NCBI GenBank assembly: GCA_902625455.1 | Contig: CACOBL010000001.1 | Coordinates: 244,191 to 308,190, forward strand | Reading direction: 5' to 3' | Origin: an uncultured Candidatus Actinomarina sp. | GTDB lineage: Bacteria > Actinomycetota > Acidimicrobiia > Actinomarinales > Actinomarinaceae | Length of the DNA stretch: 64,000 bases | Shown here: positions 20,160 through 30,000 of the stretch, one piece after another | Numbering within the stretch: position 1 is the stretch's first letter | How the letters are laid out: each line of letters opens with the position of its first letter | Notes under the pieces: generated by a model | Databases searched by the model: none | What the model saw: the letters and a program-made list of their open reading frames with translations, nothing else | Told to the model about the DNA's origin: nothing | Made by a program: the position numbers and the translations under genes

Positions 20160-21296
20160 TTAGGTAGAGACTAAATCAATTAATTTTTTATAACCAAACT
20201 CAAAATTTGTAACACTTTGGTTCTCTTTTACGAAATCCTTAGAATTCAATCCTATTTGTAGGGCACTTTCATAGTTATCTATAATGTACTGAATTTTCTT
20301 TGTTAAATCATTTTTATTGTTGTTCTCAAATATATAACCAGTTTCATTTTCAATAATTAAATCGGTCATTCCAGTGTTGCTTGATACCAAGACAGGGCAT
20401 GCTGTTGATTGTGCCTCAATTATTACCCTTCCTAAACCTTCAGATTTTGAAGGCAGAATAAATAGATTCGCAGATGAATATTTTAATATTAGCTCTTCAG
20501 CTTTAATAAAAGGCGTCATGGTAATGCTCTTCGCATGCTTAGAACTAGCAATAAGCTTATTTAATTCTTTTAGATATTTTAAATTAGGTGTTTGTCCAAT
20601 TATCTCTAGTGAAATATCCTCGTCAATTGTTTCAAGTGACTCAATAATTATCTTGGGATTTTTTCTTTCAGTAACACTTCCAACAAATATTATTTTGAAT
20701 GTGCCTGTGGATAATCTTTTAGTATCAGCATTAAGATAGTTATCAATATTTATCCATGCAGGAAAACGAACAAATAAGCCTTTATATCCAAAATTCAAAG
20801 CTTGTTTTTCAGTAAAGTCAGAAATAGATCTAATTAAATCAGCATTTTTGATTGAATATTTTGCTAGATAACTAAATATTAAGGTATAGAATTTTGGTAT
20901 TAGTAAATTTTTTTCTAATCCAATCGTATTAATAAAATCTCCATGAGTTTCAACTACAATTTTTACAGGTAATTTTCTAATTTTTAAAGAAAAAATTGTA
21001 AAAAAACCAGTGATAGGATCTTGCAAACAAACAATTTCTATATTTTGATTTTTAACAATTTTTGGGATTTCAAAAAAGAATAAAAATATAATTTTAAGAT
21101 AATTAAAAAACCTATTTTTATTTTTTTTATTAAAAATAGTCTCAACACCTTCCACTACGGAATTAAATTTTTCCTCACTAAATGCAAAAACTGTAGGGTT
21201 ACAAACTTTTGAAAGAGATTGAAATTTTTTTTGAATATCTTTTGTTATAGGATTTGAGTAAACAGTCGGAGAAATAAATAGAACTTTATTCATCAT
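20160..21296 (-). CDS. Glycosyltransferase family 4 (GT-B fold)
   Basis: GT4 C-terminal motif LPSKSEGLGRVIIEAQSTACPVLVSSNTGMTDLI (E-x7-E). Confidence 0.8.
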   Translation of the reverse strand: MMNKVLFISPTVYSNPITKDIQKKFQSLSKVCNPTVFAFSEEKFNSVVEGVETIFNKKNKNRFFNYLKIIFLFFFEIPKIVKNQNIEIVCLQDPITGFFTIFSLKIRKLPVKIVVETHGDFINTIGLEKNLLIPKFYTLIFSYLAKYSIKNADLIRSISDFTEKQALNFGYKGLFVRFPAWINIDNYLNADTKRLSTGTFKIIFVGSVTERKNPKIIIESLETIDEDISLEIIGQTPNLKYLKELNKLIASSKHAKSITMTPFIKAEELILKYSSANLFILPSKSEGLGRVIIEAQSTACPVLVSSNTGMTDLIIENETGYIFENNNKNDLTKKIQYIIDNYESALQIGLNSKDFVKENQSVTNFEFGYKKLIDLVST

Positions 21297-22209
21297 TTAA
21301 AAAGCTATTAATCTCATCTAATAGTTCATCTGCGTGTGTCCACGGAACAGAGTGACCAGCGTCATTAATAACTTTTGACTTAACAGTATTTAAGCGACTT
21401 ATAACCTCACTAGATGTTTCTTCAGGAACTAATTTATCTTTACCACCAGTTATTACAAGCGTGTCAGAGTTTATTTCATGAATCCAAGGTCTTGCATCGT
21501 AAGGTACAACAAACCTTCCTCCATCACCATATATAAAATCATCTTTCGACCTATGTAGATTGTTCCAAGCCCACTCCGTATACTCATCTTCAATAGATTG
21601 GGATTTCCTTAAGAAAGAAAATTTTGATTTAGGATTAAAATTTGGAAAGAGTCTTTCCCGAATTCTTACAAAACTTATAAATATCTTAAATGCGATCTTA
21701 TCACTATAAACAGCACCACCTAACCAACTAAATGGGGTTATTAAAACTAATTTTCTAATCAAAGATTGTTTTTTTCTTGCAACGGACATGCCAACAGCAC
21801 TTCCCATCGACCAGCCAACAATATCACACTCTTCTATATCAAGTTTTTCTAAAATACTTATAACTAAATCTGCATTCTCGTCTACATCCCATCTTTTCCA
21901 ACTTGAATCTGATTTTCCGTGATTTCTTAAATCAATTGCAACAAATGAGTTTTTATTTTTAATTTTAGGCAAAATTTTAAACCAACTGCCTAACGAATCT
22001 GATCCCCAGCTATGTAAGAAAACGATTGGAACTGTTCCTTCGACATATGACTCTCTAATGAAATACTCTTTCTCTCTTATAAAAATAGTTCTTCCAGGAA
22101 ACTTACTTGGATGAATTTGAGTATTGCCAGTAACATCACCTTTTTTTGTTTCAAGCAAATTCTTTAAAATTGTTGCAAAAGCAAAAAATTTAGTAATTGT
22201 TTTTATCAT
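21286..22209 (-). CDS. Alpha/beta hydrolase fold protein
   Basis: HG oxyanion motif (VFLHSWGSD), nucleophile elbow GWSMG, and a distal Asp/His. Confidence 0.75.
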   Translation of the reverse strand: MIKTITKFFAFATILKNLLETKKGDVTGNTQIHPSKFPGRTIFIREKEYFIRESYVEGTVPIVFLHSWGSDSLGSWFKILPKIKNKNSFVAIDLRNHGKSDSSWKRWDVDENADLVISILEKLDIEECDIVGWSMGSAVGMSVARKKQSLIRKLVLITPFSWLGGAVYSDKIAFKIFISFVRIRERLFPNFNPKSKFSFLRKSQSIEDEYTEWAWNNLHRSKDDFIYGDGGRFVVPYDARPWIHEINSDTLVITGGKDKLVPEETSSEVISRLNTVKSKVINDAGHSVPWTHADELLDEINSFLNDE

Positions 22210-23246
22210 TTGTTGTTAATGATATTGACTTTATTTTTATATCTAGAAACAATATCTCCAATTTCCCATAGATTTATTCCAAATCTATTTGATATATCTT
22301 TGACATTTATTGAATTATCACTTGGTGCTGAAATTAATAATCCACCGCTTGTTTGAGCATCTGATAAAATTTTTACAAAAGATTCCTGATCAGAGTTGTA
22401 AATTATATTTTCTTTAGCTAAATCAAAATTTCTTATAGAGCCTGAAGGATAAATTCCATTGTTAAAATATTCATTTGCGTATTTAATAACAGGTACTTCA
22501 TCTTGGTATATATTTACTGTTACATTGGAATCTCCAATCATTTCTATTAAGTGCCCCAACAGTCCAAAACCTGTGACATCTGTTATAGCATTTGCGTTTA
22601 ATTGTTTGGCAGCTTCAAGTGCTTTGTCATTCAATGTTGACATTACTTCGGTTACTTCATATACCGCTTTATCACTTGCTAAATTTTTTTTAATCGCAGA
22701 AGAGATTATTCCAGAACCTAAGGGTTTTGTTAAATAAAGTTTATCGCCTAATTGAAGATTTCTTTTTTTATAGATAACTTCATTAATTATCCCCATTACA
22801 GCAAAACCATACTTAGGCTCTTTATCGTCAATACTGTGTCCTCCAATGATATTGCATCCAGCACTTTGCATGATTTCTAAACCACCTTTTAAAACCTCAG
22901 ACAGTATTTCAAAACTTAAATCTTCTCTTGGCCATGAAACAAGTTGTAAGGCAGAAATAGGGGTTCCACCCATTGCATATATATCAGATAATGCGTTAGC
23001 GGCCGCAACTTTTCCCCAATCAAATGGGTTGTCTAATATTGGTGTAAAAAAATCGACTGTCTGAACTATTTTCATTCCATTACCAATGTCAATTACTCCT
23101 CCGTCATCAGGCGAATCTAAACCAACTAATATTTGTGAATTGTCGGAATTATTTTGTTTTTTAAAATGCGTCAGTACCTGAGCAAGCTCTTTTTGAGAGA
23201 GTTTACACGCTCAACCAGCACCATGTGAGTACTCAGTTAACCTCAT
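22206..23246 (-). CDS. selD: Selenide, water dikinase SelD (selenophosphate synthetase), selenocysteine-containing; in-frame UGA at codon 12
   Basis: The track ORF (from MKIVQTVDFFTPILDNPFDWGKVAAANALSDIYAMGG) is the PurM-like SelD core. Reading upstream in the same frame (171 nt = 57 codons by ORF-track anchors) reaches an ATG at ~23246-23244 preceded by the SD AAAGGAGG. It translates as MRLTEYSHGAG-[TGA]-ACKLSQKELAQVLTHF..LVGLDSPDDGGVIDIGNGM. The TGA (complement of plus 23211-23213) sits exactly where SelD has its catalytic Cys/Sec (consensus SHGAG-C/U-GCK). The upstream gene's stop is at 23258, so no other start is available. Confidence 0.75.
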
Positions 23247-23257
23247 TTCACCTCCTT

Positions 23258-24073
23258 TTAAGGGCGCTCAATATTTACTTCATCTTTAAATGTTTGTTGA
23301 ATTTCATTAATTAAAGCATGATGAGAATAATTTATTTTATTTATTTTGGATACAGGTATCGCATGTTTTGCAGTTGATAATACAAAAGCACTTTGTATAT
23401 TTTCTAATTCTTCTTCTGCTAGACGCCCAATAGATACCTTTAATTTTTTTTCTTTTCCAAAACGAATTAAGTATCTTCGAGTTATTGAATCAAGAATTCC
23501 GAGATCTAAGTCTGGTACGTGTATATGATCATTTATTATCCATCCGAATGTCCAAGTTGGGCCCTCAAGAATAATATTTTCTCTATTCACAAGTAAAGCG
23601 TCTGTGTATCCATTTGACTCGGCAAATCTTGTATGGCTAATATTCATTGCATACGATGTCGATTTCGTACCTATGTTAAATACATCATCTTCTAAAAAGT
23701 CACCACCACCCTGCCAATATGCTTTTTGAGTTTGCAAAGTAAAATATTCGGGAACATCGATAGGCGGCTGATAAAAGCAAAATACATTAAATGAATCTTT
23801 CTCATTTCTTAAAATTAATGTTCTAACATATCCATTTTGAAAATTTTCTGCCACTAGCAAAATATCTTTTTTAATTTTTTCAAAATTTATGTTGTCAAAG
23901 AATACTTTAGATGCAGATTTTTTAAATCTTTCAATATGTAAATCTATGCCAAACGGATAACCTTCGTGAATTCTAATTGCTTCAAATATTCCATCGCCTC
24001 TCCAAACTCCAATATTCTCTACAGGAAGGGTGAAGTCTTTTTTTTCAACTTGAACTCCATCAATCAAATACAT
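23258..24073 (-). CDS. Class IV aminotransferase family (branched-chain aa aminotransferase / aminodeoxychorismate lyase-like)
   Basis: Fold-type IV PLP enzyme motifs (GDGIFEAIRI, ER...S; C-terminal GI..R..LI). Specific substrate not assignable. Confidence 0.6.
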   Translation of the reverse strand: MYLIDGVQVEKKDFTLPVENIGVWRGDGIFEAIRIHEGYPFGIDLHIERFKKSASKVFFDNINFEKIKKDILLVAENFQNGYVRTLILRNEKDSFNVFCFYQPPIDVPEYFTLQTQKAYWQGGGDFLEDDVFNIGTKSTSYAMNISHTRFAESNGYTDALLVNRENIILEGPTWTFGWIINDHIHVPDLDLGILDSITRRYLIRFGKEKKLKVSIGRLAEEELENIQSAFVLSTAKHAIPVSKINKINYSHHALINEIQQTFKDEVNIERP

Positions 24074-24074
24074 T

Positions 24075-25781
24075 TTATTCCTTTTGTCTTATATAGGTAT
24101 TTGTTATAGGCATTCTCCTATCCTTTCCAAAAGCTTTCTGCGTAAGTTTTACTCCAGGCGCAACTTGTTTTCTTTTATATTCGTTTCTGTCCACTTTTTC
24201 AAGAACATCATATACCAAACCTGGCTGAACTCCCGAAGCTATAATTCTCTCGGACGAACTGTCTTCCTCAATATAAAGATTTAATATTTTATCAAGTACT
24301 TCATAGTCTGGAAGTGAATCACTATCAAACTGATTAGGACGAAGTTCCGCACTTGGCTCCTTGGAAATAATATTTTCCGGTATTGCGTCAGAAATTGAAT
24401 TTCTGTAATTTGATAATTCGTATACTTTAGTTTTGTATAGATCTTTTATCAAAGCAAACCCGCCTGCAAGATCACCATAAAGAGTTGAATACCCAACTGC
24501 CATTTCTGATTTATTTCCAGTAGAGACAACCATTGCACCAGTTTGGTTAGATAACCCCATTAGAATATTACCTCTAACCCTTGATTGAATATTTTCATCA
24601 GTAATTTGCCCAAGCTCTTCTTTGAGTGAATTGGCTAAAACTTCTCTAAAACTGTCTACTATTTTCTCAATCTCAATTATTTTTAAATTTATTCCCAAAT
24701 TATCTGATAATGTCATTGCATCTTCTAATGATTCTTTGGAGTTGTATTTAGATGGCATAGCTACTCCAAGAACATTTTCTGAACCTAGTGCATCAACGCA
24801 AATTGCAGCAGTTAAGGCAGAATCGATTCCTCCTGAAATCCCAATCAATACCTTTGTGAATTTATTTTTGCTGACATAATCTAAAAGCCCCAATTTTAGT
24901 GCAGAATAAATAGATTCATTCTCACTTAATGAAGGCTTGCTTTTAACATCTTTCAATTTAGTTGTTTTAGGCCTTGTTGTTAGAGAGGATTTGCTGTTTT
25001 GCTTTTTAATTTTTAAATCAATATCTAAATGGAATACCTCTTCTTGAAAACTTGAAGCCTGATAAATAATTTCTCCAAGGTCATTTACAACAAATGAACC
25101 TCCATCAAAAACTAGTTCATCTTGACCACCTACCATGTTTAGATATATTATCGGCACGTTGAGTTTTAATGCCTTTTTCATTACTAATTCTTTTCGAGTT
25201 TCGTTTTTTTGAATATCATAAGGTGATGCATTGATGTTGATAATTAATGATGCACCTTGCTTAACTTGATCTTCTGCTGGTCCATCTTCTATCCAAATAT
25301 CTTCACAAATGTTAATCCCGATTGCGATATCGTCATACCAAAATAAAGTATCTGAATTAGTGCCTTTAGAAAAATACCTAGCTTCATCAAAAACTGAATA
25401 GTTTGGTAGGAATGATTTATGGTATATTCCTCTAACATCGCCATTCTGCACAATTGCAGCAGCATTAGCTATGGTGCGTTCATTATTGTCTTGATTATTA
25501 GAATCAGTTTTTCTATCAACAAACCCAATAATTCCGCTCGTATTAGATGAGAAAGCAGCAATTTCTTCTAATACAGCAAAATTTTTACCAATAAAACTTT
25601 CACGAAGTAATAAGTCTTCTGGTGGGTATCCTGTAATGGCGAGTTCAGGAAAAATGATGATATCTGATTCAACTGATTCAGCTTGTTCAAAACAATTGAG
25701 TATAGTTTCTTTATTTTCTTGAATTGCACCCACAGAAAAGGAACACTGAGCTCCAGTTATTCTTATTGTTTTTTTATCCAC
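24075..25781 (-). CDS. nadE: Glutamine-dependent NAD+ synthetase (N-terminal CN-hydrolase plus C-terminal NadE)
   Basis: Nitrilase-type N-domain (FPELAITGYPPEDLL). C-domain PP-loop SGGIDS (LIGISGGIDSALTAA). Confidence 0.9.
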   Translation of the reverse strand: MDKKTIRITGAQCSFSVGAIQENKETILNCFEQAESVESDIIIFPELAITGYPPEDLLLRESFIGKNFAVLEEIAAFSSNTSGIIGFVDRKTDSNNQDNNERTIANAAAIVQNGDVRGIYHKSFLPNYSVFDEARYFSKGTNSDTLFWYDDIAIGINICEDIWIEDGPAEDQVKQGASLIININASPYDIQKNETRKELVMKKALKLNVPIIYLNMVGGQDELVFDGGSFVVNDLGEIIYQASSFQEEVFHLDIDLKIKKQNSKSSLTTRPKTTKLKDVKSKPSLSENESIYSALKLGLLDYVSKNKFTKVLIGISGGIDSALTAAICVDALGSENVLGVAMPSKYNSKESLEDAMTLSDNLGINLKIIEIEKIVDSFREVLANSLKEELGQITDENIQSRVRGNILMGLSNQTGAMVVSTGNKSEMAVGYSTLYGDLAGGFALIKDLYKTKVYELSNYRNSISDAIPENIISKEPSAELRPNQFDSDSLPDYEVLDKILNLYIEEDSSSERIIASGVQPGLVYDVLEKVDRNEYKRKQVAPGVKLTQKAFGKDRRMPITNTYIRQKE

Positions 25782-25807
25782 AACTTAATGATAGATTCTT
25801 GTTGTTA

Positions 25808-26212
25808 TTAAGAAGAAACCTTAATTTCTATATCCTGGGAATCTTCTATCCATCTATTGACTCTCTTAATAGAAGGCATTCTTTCAACAATTTTGGCTTT
25901 GATATTTATTTTTTGCATTGATTCATGTAATGATTCAGGATTTCGTCTTCTAAGTTCGGAAACACTTTCAACACCAGCTGCTTCAAGTAAATCAGCATAA
26001 TCTCTGCCAAGATCTTTAATTTTCATCAATTCAGCTCTTCTTGCCCAGTGAAGAAGTTTGGGTGAGCTTATACCCGTCTCTTTAGTTAGTAAAGCCCTTC
26101 CAGATCTTGATGAAGCTATCTGAAGGAATGTTGTAGTTGTTCTAACTCTGGCTCTTCTTAATTTTGTTGCCTCGGCATGAGTCATTCCATTTATCGAATC
26201 AATTGAATTCAT
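25808..26212 (-). CDS. DUF4332-like helix-hairpin-helix domain protein
   Basis: Two HhH-like repeats (THAEATKLRRARV ; IKDLGRDYADLLEAAGVESVSELRRRNPESL). Confidence 0.45.
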   Translation of the reverse strand: MNSIDSINGMTHAEATKLRRARVRTTTTFLQIASSRSGRALLTKETGISSPKLLHWARRAELMKIKDLGRDYADLLEAAGVESVSELRRRNPESLHESMQKINIKAKIVERMPSIKRVNRWIEDSQDIEIKVSS

Positions 26213-26275
26213 GTTTTTGATTTTACAAAATTTATTTTAAAAACAAATGTTTTTTTTTAAGAGATTTTCCCACTC

Positions 26276-26884
26276 TCAAAAATCTTTTTCTTCATCATAA
26301 TCTGTTGGACCAAGAAAATTAAAATTAATTTTTTCAATCTTAATTTCAGATGAAACAAAATAATCAATTAAATCAAAATCTTTGTAAGGTGATATTTCAA
26401 ATTCACCTGGGTCATCTTGTGTCAACAATTCTAACTTTGGCCAAAATTGACGTGGAATCAAAATTGGAAAACCCAACTTATATCTATATTGAGGAATTAC
26501 AATTTTTGAATTATCGATTTCATTACTTTGTAAAGCAGAAATGACTTCATCTTTTACTTCAGGTTGATCTCCTAAGAAAAAAATAAGATTCTCTACTTGC
26601 TTTTGCTCCTGATAAAAAAACAGTGAGGTTCTTATTGATGAAACAATGCCTTCTTCCCAGTTTTCATTTATCAAAATATTTGAATTATGAAAATTAATTT
26701 TTTCTTCAATAATTTCGTTTTCAGATCCTAAAACTACAGTTGAAGACTCAAAGTTTGAATTGACTTTTTCAATAATAATCTCCAACAAAGGCTTGTCTTT
26801 AACTTCGGCAAGCTGTTTTGGAAACCCCATTCTTGTTGAATCTCCGGCTGCAAGTATCACTCCTGCATTCATCTTATGTACCAC
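26276..26884 (-). CDS. MobA-like NTP transferase domain protein (molybdopterin nucleotidyltransferase-like)
   Basis: N-terminal ILAAGDSTRMGFPKQL matches the MobA/MocA/IspD nucleotidyltransferase motif (LAAGxSxRMGxxK). Confidence 0.55.
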   Translation of the reverse strand: MVHKMNAGVILAAGDSTRMGFPKQLAEVKDKPLLEIIIEKVNSNFESSTVVLGSENEIIEEKINFHNSNILINENWEEGIVSSIRTSLFFYQEQKQVENLIFFLGDQPEVKDEVISALQSNEIDNSKIVIPQYRYKLGFPILIPRQFWPKLELLTQDDPGEFEISPYKDFDLIDYFVSSEIKIEKINFNFLGPTDYDEEKDF

Positions 26885-27500
26885 CTAAAATGCTTGTCCC
26901 AAATGTTAATGAAACAATTAATAATATTACCTCGATATTTCTCAACAAATAAACTTGTTTTAACCCTGAACCAAAAGAGACAATTGAATATATAGAAACA
27001 AACAAGATTAACAAACCTTGTATGAAAATCGATGATACAAATAGAGCAGGTACGACCAACAAGCAAGGGGTTGAAGCAAAGAAATTAATTATTAGTAGAT
27101 CTTTAGGAATAGGATCTTTTCTAAAAAGAAATCTCAGAATTAAGTAAATTATTACCAATCCTATGACTGTAGCTATTAATGATGAGAAAGCTGAAGAAAA
27201 TAACGAAGAAGTGCTATCTGAAGAATTTATAAAAGTTTGTAGCTCTTCAATTAACGATTTAAACATATTGAATTCTTCTGCGGAAAATTCTTCCTGAAAA
27301 TCTTGTTGAAATAAAATTAAGTTTTCCTGTAAATAATCTAATAGACCTGTAATAAACCTGAAACCGCTCATAGTAATTAAAATTGTTGTGCTTATAAAAA
27401 TAGCGATCGATTTTTGAAAAGATCCATCTTGAACTAATAACTCGTTATAAACTTCTTTATCGAGACGCAATATTCGTAATATTATTTTTTTATCATTCAT
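26874..27500 (-). CDS. Hypothetical membrane protein (5 TM; Yip1-like topology)
   Basis: Hydropathy only. Overlaps the downstream gene by 11 nt, which suggests an operon. Confidence 0.3.
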   Translation of the reverse strand: MNDKKIILRILRLDKEVYNELLVQDGSFQKSIAIFISTTILITMSGFRFITGLLDYLQENLILFQQDFQEEFSAEEFNMFKSLIEELQTFINSSDSTSSLFSSAFSSLIATVIGLVIIYLILRFLFRKDPIPKDLLIINFFASTPCLLVVPALFVSSIFIQGLLILFVSIYSIVSFGSGLKQVYLLRNIEVILLIVSLTFGTSILGGT

Positions 27501-27529
27501 TTTTTTTTCATTTATTTAAAATCTACTTT

Positions 27530-27847
27530 ATGACTATAACAAAATTTATTTCATACGTTATAAGTGTCTCAATGATAGGAGTAATAATTTGGGCACAAAA
27601 CCAGGTTTCTTTATTTGATTCACCTATTCCAGATTTACCATGGGGCATAGTTTCTCTTGTGGATTTGTACGGAGGATTTATTTTAGTATGCTTATGGATT
27701 GCTTACAAAGAATCTCTATCTTCCACAATAATTTGGACATTTTTTGTTTTAATTTTAGGAAATCTTACTACTGCGATTTATATAATTTACAGCATAAATA
27801 AATCAAAAGGTGATGTAGTAAATTTTTTTATGGGAAAAAATTCTTAG
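27530..27847 (+). CDS. Small 3-TM membrane protein (DUF1475-like)
   Basis: 105 aa and hydrophobic. Motif WGIVSLVDLYGGF. Confidence 0.35.
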   Translation: MTITKFISYVISVSMIGVIIWAQNQVSLFDSPIPDLPWGIVSLVDLYGGFILVCLWIAYKESLSSTIIWTFFVLILGNLTTAIYIIYSINKSKGDVVNFFMGKNS

Positions 27848-30000
27848 TCTTTTTTGAGATTGTCTAAAAGAATTAAAGAAACATCCCTTACTTTGACATT
27901 ATCTCCATAACCAAGTTCTTTTACACCATCATCCATCATTATGTAGCAAAATGGGCACGCAACAGCAACTTCATCAGCACCAGTTTCAATTGCTTCTTGA
28001 GATCTTTCAATATTTACTTTTTTGCCTACTGACTCCTCCATCCACATTCTTCCACCACCAGCACCACAACAAAAACTCTTTGTTCCTTGGCGCTTCATCT
28101 CTCTAATTTCTATTCCCCCAATTGAGCCAACGATCTCTCTAGGTGCTGTATAAATGTCATTATGCCTACCCAGATAACAAGAATCGTGATAAGTAATTTT
28201 ATAAGGTTTGTCACTTGTTCCAACTTCTATTCTGCCTGACTGTACGAGTTCGGTTAATAACTGACTATGATGAATCACTTTGTAATCTCCACCTAGTTGA
28301 GGATATTCATTTGCAATTGTATTAAAACAGTGAGGGCATTGTGTAATAATTTTATCTACTTTTAGATTGTTCATGTTTTCAATATTTTGTATTGCAAGTT
28401 GTTGAAAAACAAATTCATTACCTGTTCTCCTTGCTGAGTCTCCTGTGCAGACTTCTTTGGGTCCTAGAACTGCAAATGACACTCCAGCTCGTTGTAAAAG
28501 TGTTGCAACAGCTTTTGTAACAGGCACATTTCTATCATCAAAAGCGCCTGCACATCCAATCCAGTATAAATAGTCATACTCTTCATAATTTGAATCATCA
28601 ATAACAGGTACTTCAAAATCAAGATCTTCGGTCCACTTTAGCCTATCATTTTGTGATGCTCCCCAGGGGTTTGATGAATTTTCCATTGCTACGTATGCTT
28701 TACCAAGCTCAGATGGAAAGTCAGATTCCATCAATGCTAAATGTCTTCTCATATCAAGTATTTTGTCCAAGATCTCAATATTTACAGGACATATCTCATC
28801 ACATGCTCTACATGAAGTACATGCCCAAACTTCTTCTGAAGTAATTCTTTCAAAAACATTTGATGAGTTAATTTTTAACGGTCCAGGAGTACTTATAGTT
28901 GCTGGAACTGGGGGTGTGCCTGATTCTGACATTACTTGGCCAACTTTTAAAATTATCTCTCTTGGATCAAGAGATTTCCCGGTTTGATTTGCTGGACATA
29001 CAGAAGTACACCTTCCACAAACTGTACATGCATCTAAATCCATAAGTTGTTTCCATGTAAAATGATCAATCAACTCAGTACCAACATTATCAATATCCTC
29101 GGCTTCTAAAAGGTTCCCAATATCTCTCATGGCTCCTTTGTGTCTTTCCTTAGGAGACATAAACATGTTGACTGGTGAAGTGATAATATGACGTAATTTT
29201 GAAATAGGCATCGCGACAAGAAAAACAAAGAAAGAAGCCACATGCAAAACCCAAGATATCCTGTGAAATAATTGAGGATTAGATAAATCTAAAATATCAG
29301 CAACAAGATATCCAATAAATGACCATTTTTCGTAATCTGGAAATTGCTCAAATGCAATTCGACCAGCTTCAGTAGTAACACCAGAGATTCCGATAAAAAT
29401 TAATAGTGATAATGTTAAATAATCATCAGCGGTAGTTTTTGTTTCTATACGATATTCAGCACCTCTTAGTCTTCTAATTAGAGCCCAAAAAAGGCCTACA
29501 AGATAAGCAATAGTTGCTAGCTCTAGGAGAAAAGAATAAACAATATATGTTGTGCCCTGTAAAAATTTAAGTGTTGGTGGCAATAAATGATGGATTTCAA
29601 GAGTTATAGTGCCTGCAAATAAACCAAGAAATCCTACATAAATTAATGAATGCATCAAACCAGCAGCTTTAAATCTAAGGACGGTTCTCATTGTTATACC
29701 GTCAAAAAAACTTAAGACACGTAATGAAAATGCAACTTTCCTTTTCTCTTCTTTACCTCTTGACCAGTTTTTTACCCTTAATGAAAATAAATAACCAGAA
29801 AGAAAAATTGTTGAAGCACTTAAAACGTAGAATATATACTGGAGCACTTTAGGTATATTTTCAAATACACGTCTACCATCAACTATTTCTCCTTCTGGAA
29901 AAATATAACTTGCTGCCCATAAAAACAAAGTACCGATTGAGGCTCCCGCTGAAAACAAAAGAACATACTCATTGCCTTTTAAATTTTTTAATTTATTCAT
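27844..30000 (-). CDS. Membrane-anchored Fe-S oxidoreductase, HdrD/GlpC/DsrK-like (NarI-like TM domain, 2x[4Fe-4S] ferredoxin and two CCG domains)
   Basis: N-terminal 5-6 TM with conserved His (HHLLPP, HVASFFVF). CTVCGRCTSVCP and CTSCRACDEICP ferredoxin motifs. C-terminal Cys-rich CCG motifs (CPHCFNT, SFCCGAGGG, CPFCYIMMD). Confidence 0.75.
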   Translation of the reverse strand: MNKLKNLKGNEYVLLFSAGASIGTLFLWAASYIFPEGEIVDGRRVFENIPKVLQYIFYVLSASTIFLSGYLFSLRVKNWSRGKEEKRKVAFSLRVLSFFDGITMRTVLRFKAAGLMHSLIYVGFLGLFAGTITLEIHHLLPPTLKFLQGTTYIVYSFLLELATIAYLVGLFWALIRRLRGAEYRIETKTTADDYLTLSLLIFIGISGVTTEAGRIAFEQFPDYEKWSFIGYLVADILDLSNPQLFHRISWVLHVASFFVFLVAMPISKLRHIITSPVNMFMSPKERHKGAMRDIGNLLEAEDIDNVGTELIDHFTWKQLMDLDACTVCGRCTSVCPANQTGKSLDPREIILKVGQVMSESGTPPVPATISTPGPLKINSSNVFERITSEEVWACTSCRACDEICPVNIEILDKILDMRRHLALMESDFPSELGKAYVAMENSSNPWGASQNDRLKWTEDLDFEVPVIDDSNYEEYDYLYWIGCAGAFDDRNVPVTKAVATLLQRAGVSFAVLGPKEVCTGDSARRTGNEFVFQQLAIQNIENMNNLKVDKIITQCPHCFNTIANEYPQLGGDYKVIHHSQLLTELVQSGRIEVGTSDKPYKITYHDSCYLGRHNDIYTAPREIVGSIGGIEIREMKRQGTKSFCCGAGGGRMWMEESVGKKVNIERSQEAIETGADEVAVACPFCYIMMDDGVKELGYGDNVKVRDVSLILLDNLKKD

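Noticed and set aside
23090-23110. Possible 1-nt frameshift in selD (I once read gacgggg instead of gacggaggag near 23100)
   Set aside because: ORF-track anchor coordinates (M at 23075; upstream gene stop at 23258; ATG at 23246) place the two segments exactly 171 nt apart, i.e. in frame. The homology alignment is continuous across the spot. My base-by-base reading is not reliable to single-nucleotide precision, so I treat this as my reading error, but it should be verified.
23076-23257. Apparent 180-bp intergenic/promoter region between the aminotransferase gene and the selD ORF
   Set aside because: It is coding: the selD reading frame continues through it to an upstream ATG with a strong SD, interrupted only by the Sec UGA.
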